Notes: generated from the letters alone by a model not told the origin. DNA of 52,972 nt from an uncultured Clostridia bacterium (GCA_904384205.1 CAJFJY010000002.1:1-52972), one strand, 5' to 3'; counted from the first letter of the stretch, positions 27,625-38,311 are shown. Numbers and translations are program-made.

Positions 27625-28617
27625 ATGTCAGTATTATTACCAGGAGGGGCAGGATTTATAGGAAGCCATACAGCAGTAGAATTATTAAATGCAGGAAAGG
27701 AAGTTATAATAGTAGATAACTTTTCAAACAGCAAACCAGAAGTATTAGAAGCAATCAAAAAAATAACAGGAAAAGAATTTAAATTTTATAACATTGACTA
27801 CATAGATAGAGAAAAACTAGAAGAAGTATTTGAAGAAAATGAAATAGAAGCAGTATTGAACTTTGCAGGATATAAAGCAGTAGGAGAATCAGTAAAAGAG
27901 CCAATAAAATACTATACAAATAATATATCAGGAGCATTAGTATTGCTAGACACAATGAAAAAATATAATGTCAAAAAATTCATATTCAGTTCATCAGCAA
28001 CAGTATATGGCGAGCCAGAAAAAATGCCAATAACAGAAGAATGTAAAACAGGAGGAACAACAAACCCATATGGAACAACAAAACTATTTATAGAGCAAAT
28101 ACTAAAAGACATATATGCATCAGACAATACATGGGATATATGTATATTAAGATACTTTAACCCAATAGGAGCACATGAAAGCGGATTATTAGGAGAAGAT
28201 CCACAAGGAATACCAAATAACCTAATGCCATATATAGTAAGAGTAGCAGCAGGAAAACTAAAAGAATTATCAGTATTTGGAAATGATTATAAGACACATG
28301 ATGGAACAGGAGTAAGAGACTATATACACGTAGTAGACCTAGCAAAAGGGCATGTATTAGCATTAAATAAACTAGAAAAAGAAGGACAAGGACTATACAT
28401 ATATAATTTAGGAACAGGAACAGGGTATAGCGTATTAGACATAGTAAAAGCATTTGAAAAAGCAACAGGAGTAAAAGTACCATACAAAATAGCACCAAGA
28501 AGACCAGGAGATATAGCAATGTGTTATGCAGACCCAACAAAAGCATATAAAGAGCTAGGATGGAAAGCAACAAAAACATTAGAAGATATGTGTAGAGACT
28601 CATGGAATGCAAGATAA
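27625..28617 (+). CDS. galE: UDP-glucose 4-epimerase
   Basis: GGAGFIGSH Rossmann motif and YGTTK (YxxxK). Length is 330 aa. Confidence 0.9.
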   Translation: MSVLLPGGAGFIGSHTAVELLNAGKEVIIVDNFSNSKPEVLEAIKKITGKEFKFYNIDYIDREKLEEVFEENEIEAVLNFAGYKAVGESVKEPIKYYTNNISGALVLLDTMKKYNVKKFIFSSSATVYGEPEKMPITEECKTGGTTNPYGTTKLFIEQILKDIYASDNTWDICILRYFNPIGAHESGLLGEDPQGIPNNLMPYIVRVAAGKLKELSVFGNDYKTHDGTGVRDYIHVVDLAKGHVLALNKLEKEGQGLYIYNLGTGTGYSVLDIVKAFEKATGVKVPYKIAPRRPGDIAMCYADPTKAYKELGWKATKTLEDMCRDSWNAR

Positions 28618-28633
28618 AGGAGAGAATTATAGA

Positions 28634-30343
28634 ATGATTAATTTTAAAGACATAATAGCAGACGAAATATCTAAAATAACTAATATAGAACAAAAAGAAA
28701 TAGAAGGTTATATTGAAGTGCCAAATAATGCAGAGAATGGAGATTATGCTTTTCCATGTTTTAAATTAGCTAAAAGTATGAAAAAAGCACCACAAATTAT
28801 TGCGAATAGAATAAAAGAAAAATTAGAAATAGACGAAAATATAATTAGTAAAATAGATGTGGTAAACGGATATATAAATTTTTATATAAATAATGAAACT
28901 TTAGTAAAAGATGTATGCAAAGAAATAGATGATAAGAAGGAGAAGTATGGATCTTCTGATGAAGGAAAAAATCAGAACATAATCGTGGAATATTCTGCAC
29001 CTAATATAGCGAAAGAATTTCATATTGGACATTTAAGAACAACTGTAATAGGAGCTTGTTTTTATAATATATTTAAATATCTTGGATACAATACAACAGG
29101 AATAAATCATTTAGGTGATTATGGTACACAATTTGGAAAAATAATAGAAGGATATAAAAGATGGGGAAATGAATACAATTTAGATGAAAATCCTATTGAA
29201 AAATTGACAGAAATATATATAAGAATAAATGAATTATGCAAAGAAGATGAAAGTGTACTAGAAGCATGCAGAGATAACTTTAAGAAATTAGAAGATAAAG
29301 ATCCTTATTGTGTTGAATTATGGACTAAATTTAAAAACTTGAGTTTGAAAGAATTTAACAAAACTTATGATATTCTAGGAATAAAGTTTGACTCAACAAA
29401 AGGAGAAGCTTTTTATGCAGATAAAACACAAGAAGTAATTGACATATTAAAGAAGAATGGAAAATTAGAAGAGTCACAAGGTGCAATGATTGTGGATTTA
29501 TCAGATAAAGATATGCCACCATGTATTGTATGCAAATCTAATGGATCATCAATATATGCAACAAGAGACCTATCTGCAATACTATATAGAGCAAGAACTT
29601 ATGATTTTGATAAATGTATTTATGTAGTATCTGATGAACAAAAGTTATATTTTAAACAAATATTTGAAGTAGCAAAATATTTAGACTTAGATAAAAAATA
29701 CACAGATGGATTAGTACATGTATCATATGGAATGACAAGACTTGCAACAGGTAAAATGTCAACAAGAGAAGGAAATGTTATAAAAGTAAATGATTTATTA
29801 AACGAAGCAATTAGTAGAGTTTTGGATATTATAAACGAAAAGAATCCAGATATGGAAAACAAAGAAGAAAATGCAAAGAAAATAGGAATAGGAGCAGTAA
29901 TATTTAATAACTTATGCAATACACTTGCAAAAGAGCAAATATTTGACTGGAATAATGTACTTAATTTTAATGGAGAAACAGGACCATATATACAATATAT
30001 ATATGTAAGAACAAAAAGTGTATTAGAAAAAGCAGGTTATGAGCCAGAAATAGAAGAAATTGATTTCGCAAAGCTAGAAGATAAAGAAAGCATAAATGTA
30101 TTAAAAACAATATATAAATTTAATGAAACATTAAGAGCAGTAATTGAAAAATATGAACCATCAATACTAGCAAGATACTTAATAGAATTAGCACAAAATT
30201 ACAGCAATTTCTATAATGAAAATAAAATAATATGTGATGATAAAAAAGTGCAGGATGCAAGAATATTCTTAACAAAAGCAGTGGGAGAAGTATTGAAAAC
30301 TGGAGCAAAACTATTAGGAATGGAAATGCCAGACAAAATGTAG
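28634..30343 (+). CDS. argS: arginyl-tRNA synthetase
   Basis: SAPNIAKEFHIGHLRTT (HIGH) and an MSTREGN (KMSKS-like) region. ATG 28634 follows AAAGGAG. Confidence 0.9.
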   Translation: MINFKDIIADEISKITNIEQKEIEGYIEVPNNAENGDYAFPCFKLAKSMKKAPQIIANRIKEKLEIDENIISKIDVVNGYINFYINNETLVKDVCKEIDDKKEKYGSSDEGKNQNIIVEYSAPNIAKEFHIGHLRTTVIGACFYNIFKYLGYNTTGINHLGDYGTQFGKIIEGYKRWGNEYNLDENPIEKLTEIYIRINELCKEDESVLEACRDNFKKLEDKDPYCVELWTKFKNLSLKEFNKTYDILGIKFDSTKGEAFYADKTQEVIDILKKNGKLEESQGAMIVDLSDKDMPPCIVCKSNGSSIYATRDLSAILYRARTYDFDKCIYVVSDEQKLYFKQIFEVAKYLDLDKKYTDGLVHVSYGMTRLATGKMSTREGNVIKVNDLLNEAISRVLDIINEKNPDMENKEENAKKIGIGAVIFNNLCNTLAKEQIFDWNNVLNFNGETGPYIQYIYVRTKSVLEKAGYEPEIEEIDFAKLEDKESINVLKTIYKFNETLRAVIEKYEPSILARYLIELAQNYSNFYNENKIICDDKKVQDARIFLTKAVGEVLKTGAKLLGMEMPDKM

Positions 30344-30413
30344 AATATTGATTATTTGCTTTAATGTTAATATGAAAAAATGTCAAAATATTTTAATTTT
30401 ATCAAAAATATGT

Positions 30414-30442
30414 TTGACATTTTTTTGTTTGTATGATAATAT
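30414..30442 (+). promoter_or_regulatory. sigma-A-type promoter of lexA
   Basis: TTGACA (30414-30419), 17-nt spacer, TAATAT (30437-30442). Confidence 0.55.
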
Positions 30443-30471
30443 AGTAAAAAATGAGAAATGGAGTGGTATAG

Positions 30472-31122
30472 ATGCCTAAAATTAAAACAGAATTAAATAA
30501 AAGAGAAAAAGCAATATTAAAATTTATTGAGAAACAAATAATGACAGATGGATATCCACCATCAGTAAGAGAAATAGGAAAAGCTGTAGGATTAAGTTCA
30601 ACAGCAACAGTACATGGATATTTAGCAAAACTAGAAGAAAAAGGATACATAAAGAAAAAAGATAAAAAAGGAAGAACACTAAGATTACTAAAAGGATTAT
30701 CTGGGGAAGAAAAAACAACATCAAGCAAAGATTTTTATACACAAAAAGAATTAGTTGATGTACCAGTAATAGGAAAAATAACAGCAGGAGCACCAATATT
30801 AGCTGTTGAAAATGTTACAGATACATTTCCAATACCAATAGACTTTGTAGGAAATTCAGAGTCCTTCATGCTAACTGTTAGAGGAGAAAGCATGATAGAA
30901 GCTGGTATTTTGGATGGTGATTATATATTAGTAAAAAGGCAAAATACTGCAAATAATGGAGAAATCGTTGTGGCTTTAATTGAAGATGAGGCTACTGTAA
31001 AAACATTTTATAAAGAAAAAGACCATATAAGATTACAACCAGAAAATAGTACAATGGATCCTATTATAGTACCAAATTGCGAAATTTTAGGAAAAGTAGC
31101 AGGAGTATTTAGAAAAATGTAA
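30472..31122 (+). CDS. lexA: LexA repressor
   Basis: N-terminal wHTH ([32 protein letters not shown]). C-terminal S24 peptidase region ([14 protein letters not shown] ... [11 protein letters not shown]). Confidence 0.92.
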   Translation: MPKIKTELNKREKAILKFIEKQIMTDGYPPSVREIGKAVGLSSTATVHGYLAKLEEKGYIKKKDKKGRTLRLLKGLSGEEKTTSSKDFYTQKELVDVPVIGKITAGAPILAVENVTDTFPIPIDFVGNSESFMLTVRGESMIEAGILDGDYILVKRQNTANNGEIVVALIEDEATVKTFYKEKDHIRLQPENSTMDPIIVPNCEILGKVAGVFRKM

Positions 31123-31164
31123 AAATTATAAAAGTTAATTCACAAAAAATTCACAAATAAGCAA

Positions 31165-31193
31165 TTGACAAATGACACTGTGTCATATATACT
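31165..31193 (+). promoter_or_regulatory. sigma-A-type promoter with an operator-like palindrome in the spacer
   Basis: TTGACA (31165-31170), 17-nt spacer, TATACT (31188-31193). The spacer contains the perfect palindrome ATGACAC-T-GTGTCAT (31172-31186). Confidence 0.55.
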
Positions 31194-31304
31194 GATATAG
31201 TGTCATTAATTTTTTAATGAATATGAGAATAATATATAAAAAACTTAACAATACTTAATAAGATTAAGTATTAGAAATTAAAGCAAAAATGAAAGGAGAG
31301 AGAT

Positions 31305-33566
31305 ATGTTAAAAGTATTAAAAAATCTAAAAAAATCAATTGGAGCTGTAATAATAATAGTAATATTACTATGTATTCAAGCGGCAGCAGATTTAGCACTT
31401 CCAGATTATACATCTAAAATAGTAAATACAGGTATTCAAGCTGGTGGAATTGAAAATGGAGTGCCAGAAATAATATCAAAAGAAAACATGGACCAAATAT
31501 TATTTTTTACAGATAATCCAGAAGAAATCTTAAATTATTATGAGCTAGTAGGAAATAGAGAAACTAAGCATCAAGAAAAGGTAATTGATAAATATTTAGG
31601 AAAAGATTATGAAGTTTCAGAAGATGAAATATATGTTCAAAAAGATTTAGATGAAGAAGAACTTCAGGCCTTAGAAGATGTTATGGTAACACCTATTATG
31701 GAACTAAGAGTAGTAACAAACGAAGAGACTGCTAATCAAATAAAATCTAACATATTAGAAAATGTGCCAGAATCTCAAAAAAGTTATATTGAGAACATGG
31801 GTGTTCTAGAAATTTTAGAAACATTACCAGAAGAGCAGAAGAGTCAAGTATTAGAAAAATTCACAAGTAGTATAGATAATATGGCAGATTCTATAAAAGA
31901 ACAAGCAGCACAGGCAGAAGTAAAAAACATTTATAAAAATTTAGGTGTAGATACAGATAAACTTCAAAATGATTATATTTTTATAACTGGATTGCAAATG
32001 TTAGGAGTAGCATTAGTAAGTATGGTATCAGCTGTTTCTATAATGTTCTTATCTTCAAAAGTAGCTGCAAAACTAGGTAAAACATTAAGAGAGAAAGTAT
32101 TCAAAAAAGTAATGACATTTTCAAATGCAGAACTTAATAAATTCTCAACAGCTTCATTAATTACTCGTAGTACGAACGATGTGCAACAAATCCAAATGTT
32201 AATTACATTGTTATTTAGAGTTGTAGTATATGCTCCAATTATAGGAATTGGTGGTTTTGTTAAAGTATTAACAAGTGCAGATAATTCAATGGCATGGATT
32301 ATAGGTGTTGCAATTTTAGCAATATTATTTATAGTAGGAACATTATTTGCAGTTGCAATGCCAAGATTTAGAAAATTACAAGATTTAATTGATAAATTAA
32401 ACGAAGTTTCAAGAGAAATATTAACAGGATTACCTGTTATAAGAGCATTTAATAAAGAGAAGAAAGAAGAAGAAAGATTTGATAAAGCTAATAAAGACCT
32501 AATGAAAACAAATGTATTTGTTAATAGAGCAATGTCAATGATGATGCCTTTACTTATGTTTATCATGAACACAATAACAATAATGATAGTTTGGTTTGGT
32601 GGACATAATGTAGATCAAGGTATAATGCAAGTTGGAGACATGATGGCATTTATACAATACACAATGCAAATTGTTATGGCATTCTTAATGATTTCAATGA
32701 TTTCAATTATGCTACCTAGAGCAGCAGTTTCTGCAAGACGTATAAATGAAGTCGTAGAAACAGAGCCGAGTATAAAAGATAAGAAAGAATTAAAATCTTT
32801 TGATGAGAATAAAAAAGGTTTAGTTGAATTTAAAAATGTATCATTTAGATATCCTGATGCAGATACAGAAATATTAGAAGACATTAACTTTACAGCAGAG
32901 CCAGGTAAAACAACTGCCATTATTGGAAGTACAGGTAGTGGAAAATCAACAGTAGTTAATTTAATTCCAAGATTTTATGATGTTACAGAAGGAGAACTTT
33001 GTGTAGATGGAGTTAATGTAAAAGATGTATCACAAGAAGCCTTAAGAGACATAATTGGATATGTACCACAAAAGGGAGTATTATTCTCAGGAACAATTGA
33101 ATCTAATATAAAATATTCTGATGAAAGTATGCCAGATGAAAGAATGGAACAGGCTGCAGATATTGCACAAGCAACAGAATTTATAAACGAAAAAGAATTA
33201 AAATATAAAGACCCTATTGCTCAAGGTGGTGGAAATGTGTCAGGAGGACAAAAACAACGTTTATCAATAGCTAGAGCGATAGCAAAAGATCCAGAAATAT
33301 TTATATTTGATGACAGTTTCTCAGCCCTAGATTTTAAAACTGATAGTAAATTGAGAGAGGCATTAGCAACAAAAACAAAGAATAAGACAGTTATTATAGT
33401 TGCACAAAGAATTAGTACAATAATGAATGCGGACAAAATAATAGTACTAGAAGAAGGTAAGATGGTAGGTATTGGAACACATGAAGAATTAATGGAAAAT
33501 AATGAAACATACAGACAAATTGCTTTATCTCAATTATCAGAATCAGAATTGGGAAAGGAGGGGTAA
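31305..33566 (+). CDS. ABC exporter subunit (fused TMD-NBD) with a ~170-aa insertion after TM1
   Basis: Walker A GSTGSGKST, signature VSGGQKQRL, Walker B IFIFDDSFSALD. At 753 aa it is longer than the usual ~580. Confidence 0.88.
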   Translation: MLKVLKNLKKSIGAVIIIVILLCIQAAADLALPDYTSKIVNTGIQAGGIENGVPEIISKENMDQILFFTDNPEEILNYYELVGNRETKHQEKVIDKYLGKDYEVSEDEIYVQKDLDEEELQALEDVMVTPIMELRVVTNEETANQIKSNILENVPESQKSYIENMGVLEILETLPEEQKSQVLEKFTSSIDNMADSIKEQAAQAEVKNIYKNLGVDTDKLQNDYIFITGLQMLGVALVSMVSAVSIMFLSSKVAAKLGKTLREKVFKKVMTFSNAELNKFSTASLITRSTNDVQQIQMLITLLFRVVVYAPIIGIGGFVKVLTSADNSMAWIIGVAILAILFIVGTLFAVAMPRFRKLQDLIDKLNEVSREILTGLPVIRAFNKEKKEEERFDKANKDLMKTNVFVNRAMSMMMPLLMFIMNTITIMIVWFGGHNVDQGIMQVGDMMAFIQYTMQIVMAFLMISMISIMLPRAAVSARRINEVVETEPSIKDKKELKSFDENKKGLVEFKNVSFRYPDADTEILEDINFTAEPGKTTAIIGSTGSGKSTVVNLIPRFYDVTEGELCVDGVNVKDVSQEALRDIIGYVPQKGVLFSGTIESNIKYSDESMPDERMEQAADIAQATEFINEKELKYKDPIAQGGGNVSGGQKQRLSIARAIAKDPEIFIFDDSFSALDFKTDSKLREALATKTKNKTVIIVAQRISTIMNADKIIVLEEGKMVGIGTHEELMENNETYRQIALSQLSESELGKEG

Positions 33567-33569
33567 AAA

Positions 33570-35397
33570 ATGCCAGGACCAATGGGAGGAATGAGAAGAG
33601 GTCAAGGAAATACGGAAAAGCCAAAAGACTTCAAGAAAACAACGAAGAAATTAATAAAAAATTATTTAGCAAAATATAAAATAGCAATAATTGTTGTAAT
33701 TCTATTTGCAATTGGAAGTACAATATTTACAATTGTAGGGCCAAAAATATTAGGTAATGCAACAACAGAAATCTTTAATGGATTAGTTAGTAAACTATCA
33801 GGTGGATCAGGCATAGATTTTGGAAAAATAGGTCAAATAGCATTAACATTAATTGCTTTATATATAATTAGTGCATTATTCTCATTTATACAAGGATTTA
33901 CAATGACAGGAGTTGCACAAAAAATAACATACAAACTAAGAAATGATATAGCAATAAAAATAAATAACCTTCCAATGAACTATTTTGACAAAAAAACAAA
34001 TGGAGAAGTATTATCAATTATTACAAATGACATAGACACATTAAGTATGAACCTAAACCAGAGTATAACTCAAATAATAACATCTATATGTACAATTATA
34101 GGAATACTTGTAATGATGTTTTCAATAAGTTGGCAAATGACTTTAATATCATTAGTTATATTGCCAGTGGCAGCAATATTTGTAAAAATAATAGTTGGAA
34201 GATCACAGAAATATTTTAATAAACAACAAGAATTTTTAGGGCATGTAAATGGTCAAGTTGAAGAAATCTATGGAGGACTAAATATAGTAAAAGCATTTAA
34301 CGCACAGGGTAAAGTTACAAAAGATTTTGAAAAAGCAAACCAAGAATTATATCGTTCAGCATGGAAATCTCAATTCTTATCAGGTTTAATGCATCCTGTT
34401 ATGAACTTTATATCTAATATAGGATATGTAGGAGTGGCAGTTGCTGGTGGATATTTAGCAATAAATGGAACAATTACAGTAGGAAATATACAAAGTTTTA
34501 TACAATATAATAAACAATTTACTCGGGCCAATAAATCAAATTGCTCAAATATCAAGTATGTTACAATCTATGGTAGCAGCAGCAGAAAGGATATTTGAAT
34601 TTTTGGAAGAACCAGAAGAAGTAGATATACCAAAAGGAGATATTGATACAAGCAAATTAAATGGCAATGTTGAGTTTAATCATGTTAAATTTGGATATGA
34701 TTCTAATCAAATAATTATAAATGATTTTAATTGTAATGTTCATGAAGGTCAAAAAATAGCAATAGTAGGTCCAACTGGAGCTGGAAAAACAACAATGGTT
34801 AAATTGCTTATGAGATTTTATGATGTTACAAGTGGAGAAATAGATGTTGATGGCCACAATATAAAAGATTTCAAAAGAGGAGAACTTCGTAAAATGTTTG
34901 GAATGGTACTTCAAGACACATGGTTATTTGGAGGAACAGTAAAGGAAAATATTAAATATAGTAAAGAAGATGCAACAGATGATGAAATTATTCAGGCAGC
35001 AAAGGCAGCACATGTGCATCATTTTATAAAAACGTTGCCAAATGGATATAATTCATTAATAAATGAAGAGTCAACAAATATTTCAGCAGGTCAAAAACAA
35101 TTGTTAACAATAGCAAGGGTAATTTTAGCAAATCCAAAGATTTTAATATTGGATGAAGCAACAAGCTCAATAGATACAAGAACTGAAATTCAAATACAGT
35201 CAGCAATGGATAATTTAATGAAAGGTAGAACAAGTTTTATAATTGCACATAGATTATCAACTATAAAAAATGCAGACTTAATTTTAGTTATGAATCATGG
35301 TGATATTGTAGAACAAGGTACACATGAAGAGTTACTTGCTAAAAATGGATTTTATGCAGACTTATATAATAGTCAGTTTGAAGAAGTTGAAGAGTAA
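33570..35397 (+). pseudogene. second ABC exporter subunit (TMD-NBD) disrupted by a +1 frameshift at GGG 34525-34527
   Basis: ORFs 33570-34598 and 34558-35397 are in different frames. Deleting one G gives a continuous ...IQYNKQFTRPINQIAQISSMLQSMVAAAERIFEFL... Walker A is GPTGAGKTT and the signature is ISAGQKQLL. Confidence 0.8.
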
Positions 35398-35410
35398 TAT
35401 ATAGATATAT

Positions 35411-35437
35411 AAAGAGCAACAAATGAGGTTGCTCTTT
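35411..35437. terminator. bidirectional terminator between convergent genes
   Basis: AAAGAGCAAC pairs with GTTGCTCTTT around loop AAATGAG. T/A runs lie on both sides. Confidence 0.75.
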
Positions 35438-35441
35438 ACTT

Positions 35442-38054
35442 TTAAATCCATTCGCCAAACTTTTTAATATATCTTTTCTTTGCAATCATAGCTAATATAC
35501 AATATAGGAAAGTTACACCAAAAGCTAATGCAATAAATTTAAATGAAATAGGAACCAAGCCTATAATTGCTCCTAAAGGAGTAAAAGGTACTATAATAGC
35601 TATCAAAATTAGAGCGAAAGATGATAAATAAACAAGTTTATTTGCATTACTTTGTATAAAAGGTATTTTAGCAGTTCTAATGATATGCAAACCAATTAAG
35701 TTAGAAATTATACTATAAGTAAACCAAATTGTTTGGAAAGTAGCAGCTTCTCTAACTCCAAATACAAACCAAATAATAGCGAAAACAGTTAAGTCAAAAA
35801 TTGAACTTACAGGTCCCATAAAAATCATAAACTGTTTTAAACTTTTTGTACTAAATTTTTTAGGTTTTCTAATCATTTCAGGATCAACATTGTCTAAAGG
35901 TAGAGTCATCTGACCAAAATCATAAAGTAAGCCTTCAACTAATAATTGTATAGGTGTTTCTGGTAAAAATGGAATTGCAATACTTGCAACTATAACAGAC
36001 AAAACTTCTGCAAAGTTAAAACTTGTAGCAAGTTTAATATATTTCATAAGATTAACAAAAGTTTTTCTACCTTCAGTAACACCATCTAGTAATACATTTA
36101 AATCTTTTTCAAGTAAAATTATATCTGCAGATTCTTTTGCAACATCAACAGCAGTATCTACTGAAATACCAACATCAGAATTTGTAAGTGATGGACTATC
36201 ATTAATACCATCTCCCATATATCCTACAACATTTCCTGCTTCTTTTAATATTCTTACAACTCTAGCCTTTTGTATAGGAGAAAGTTTTACAAATATATTG
36301 TTTTTTTTCAAAATTCTAAGCATTGCTGCATCTGACAATTTATCTACTTCATTACCTGTAACAATACCTTTAGATTGAATGCCAACTCTGTCACAAATAC
36401 ATTTTGTTACTTCTGCATTATCACCCGTTAAAACAATTACTCTGATACCAGATTTATTTAATTTTTTAATAGACTCTTTTGCACTTTCTTTAGGAGGATC
36501 AAGAAAACCTATAAAGCCAGCTAGAATCATATTTTTTTCATCAGAGACTTCAAAAGGAGAATTATGATCAGTAACATCTTTTTTACAAACAGCTATAACC
36601 CTTAATCCATCTGAATTTAATTTTTTACTAATTTGTTTAACATTTTCTTTAATAGCATTTGTTATAGGGGCAATTTTGCCTTTATCATCTACCAAAGTAC
36701 ACATATTTAAAATTTCTTCAACAGCACCTTTTGTTATCATCATAGATTTATTATCATTTTCTTTAACTATTACTGATAAGCATCTACGAGTAAAATCAAA
36801 AGGAATTTCATCAATTTTTTTAAAATCCTTTGTTTTATCTGACATATCATACTCTAGACCACGTTTTATAACAGCTTCATCAATATTTCCTTTTAATCCA
36901 GTTTGAAAATTAGCATTTAAAAAAGCATATTTTAAAACTTCTAAATCTTCTTTACCATAAATGTCTAAATATTTTTCTAGGACTATTTTATCTTCTGTTA
37001 ATGTTCCTGTTTTATCAGTGCATAAAATATTCATAGCTCCGAAATTTTGTATTGAGTCTAATTTTTTAACTATAGTTTTCTTTTTAGACATTTTTACAGC
37101 ACCTTTAGATAAGCAAGAAGATAAAATGACAGGTAATAACAAAGGTGTAATAGTAATTGCAATAGCAACTGCAAAAGTGAATGCTGTAACTATTGAATGT
37201 TTCCAAGCATTAAGTATAAATACAATTGGAATTAATATAATCATAAATTTAACAAGTAATTTACTTATACCTTCGATATCTTTTTGGAAAGCTGTTTTAG
37301 GTTTAGCATTATCAATGTTATGAGCAATATTTCCAAAATAAGTTGAATCTCCAGTTTTAATAACTACAGCTGTTGCACTACCAGAAATTACATTTGTTCC
37401 CATAAAGCAAATAGTGTCTATATCTGAAATACTATCTAAATCATCAGGTGATATTTCAGAATTTGTAAGTTTTCTTACTGCATCAGATTCACCTGTTAAT
37501 GCTGATTGACCAACATATAAATCTTTAGATTCAATAATTCTTAAATCAGCAGGTATCATACTTCCAGCAGATAATTTTACAATATCTCCAATTGTAACTT
37601 CTTTAATAGGTATTGTAACTTCTTTTTTATCTCTAATTACTGTACAAGTTGTAGCAACAAGCTCTTTTAATTTCTCTGCAGCTTTGTTTGACCTAAATTC
37701 TTCAACAAAATCCAATAAAGTACTTGCAACAATTAAAATTGCAATAACAGTGATATTTGCGTAACTTGGAGTCGCTGGTAAAATAATATCTGTGTAAATT
37801 AATATAAGGACTATACCTAATAAAATACAGTTAAATGGACTAAATAAGCTTTCGAAAAAATAATTGTACCATTTTTTTGGTTTATTTTGACTAACTTCAT
37901 TTAAACCATATTTTGATATTTTGCTAGAGGCTTCTTGAGAAGATAATCCATCTGTTTTTACATGATATTTTTTGATGAACTCATCTTTGGGTAGCAAACA
38001 TTCATCAGAATATGCTTTTGCTACATCAAAATCTTCTTTCGTGTTTTTTTGCAT
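35442..38054 (-). CDS. mgtA: Mg2+-importing P-type ATPase
   Basis: DKTGTLT phosphorylation motif, MGDGINDSPSL hinge and TGES actuator motif. Length and N-terminus are typical of the MgtA/MgtB class. ATG 38054 follows GGAGA. Confidence 0.85.
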   Translation of the reverse strand: MQKNTKEDFDVAKAYSDECLLPKDEFIKKYHVKTDGLSSQEASSKISKYGLNEVSQNKPKKWYNYFFESLFSPFNCILLGIVLILIYTDIILPATPSYANITVIAILIVASTLLDFVEEFRSNKAAEKLKELVATTCTVIRDKKEVTIPIKEVTIGDIVKLSAGSMIPADLRIIESKDLYVGQSALTGESDAVRKLTNSEISPDDLDSISDIDTICFMGTNVISGSATAVVIKTGDSTYFGNIAHNIDNAKPKTAFQKDIEGISKLLVKFMIILIPIVFILNAWKHSIVTAFTFAVAIAITITPLLLPVILSSCLSKGAVKMSKKKTIVKKLDSIQNFGAMNILCTDKTGTLTEDKIVLEKYLDIYGKEDLEVLKYAFLNANFQTGLKGNIDEAVIKRGLEYDMSDKTKDFKKIDEIPFDFTRRCLSVIVKENDNKSMMITKGAVEEILNMCTLVDDKGKIAPITNAIKENVKQISKKLNSDGLRVIAVCKKDVTDHNSPFEVSDEKNMILAGFIGFLDPPKESAKESIKKLNKSGIRVIVLTGDNAEVTKCICDRVGIQSKGIVTGNEVDKLSDAAMLRILKKNNIFVKLSPIQKARVVRILKEAGNVVGYMGDGINDSPSLTNSDVGISVDTAVDVAKESADIILLEKDLNVLLDGVTEGRKTFVNLMKYIKLATSFNFAEVLSVIVASIAIPFLPETPIQLLVEGLLYDFGQMTLPLDNVDPEMIRKPKKFSTKSLKQFMIFMGPVSSIFDLTVFAIIWFVFGVREAATFQTIWFTYSIISNLIGLHIIRTAKIPFIQSNANKLVYLSSFALILIAIIVPFTPLGAIIGLVPISFKFIALAFGVTFLYCILAMIAKKRYIKKFGEWI

Positions 38055-38097
38055 AACTTCATCTCCATTCATTCATTTTATTTATATTTACTTTAGT

Positions 38098-38106
38098 ATT
38101 ATACCA
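38098..38106 (-). promoter_or_regulatory. extended -10 element (TGgTATAAT) for mgtA
   Basis: Reverse complement of 38098-38106 is TGGTATAAT, about 45 nt upstream of the start. No clear -35 was seen. Confidence 0.4.
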
Positions 38107-38190
38107 CTATAAAATTAAAATAAAAGTAAAATAGAAAATTTTTTTTGCATTTTTTGCTATATTTTAAATTTTAGTTTGTTGCCCGCTCCC

Positions 38191-38311
38191 AGAGGTATAT
38201 ATATAAAATATTTATTCGTTTTTCCCCAATGGTACTGTAAGGATTAAAAATCCTAACAGTACTCATCGGTCGCCCACAAAAAACTCATTTATATTTTATA
38301 TATATACCTCT
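38191..38311. repeat. 121-nt palindromic element with perfect 21-bp terminal inverted repeats (MITE-like)
   Basis: AGAGGTATATATATAAAATAT (38191-38211) is the reverse complement of 38291-38311. The interior forms a second long stem, CCAATGGTACTGTAAGGA...TCCTAACAGTACTCATCGG. Confidence 0.85.

Noticed and set aside
31973-32572. Long antisense ORFs (for example 31973-32572, 18297-18806, 23332-23871, 38331-38771, 45063-45422, 16087-16380, 11363-11794)
   Set aside because: All lie entirely opposite well-supported genes, have low-complexity or hydrophobic translations and lack RBS-start pairs. They are typical shadow ORFs of strongly codon-biased AT-rich genes.
38055-38097. Regulatory upstream mini-ORF (MNEWR) in the mgtA leader, analogous to mgtL
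   Set aside because: It is five codons with no proline or other sensing feature and no RBS. Overlapping ATGs are expected by chance in this AT-rich leader.
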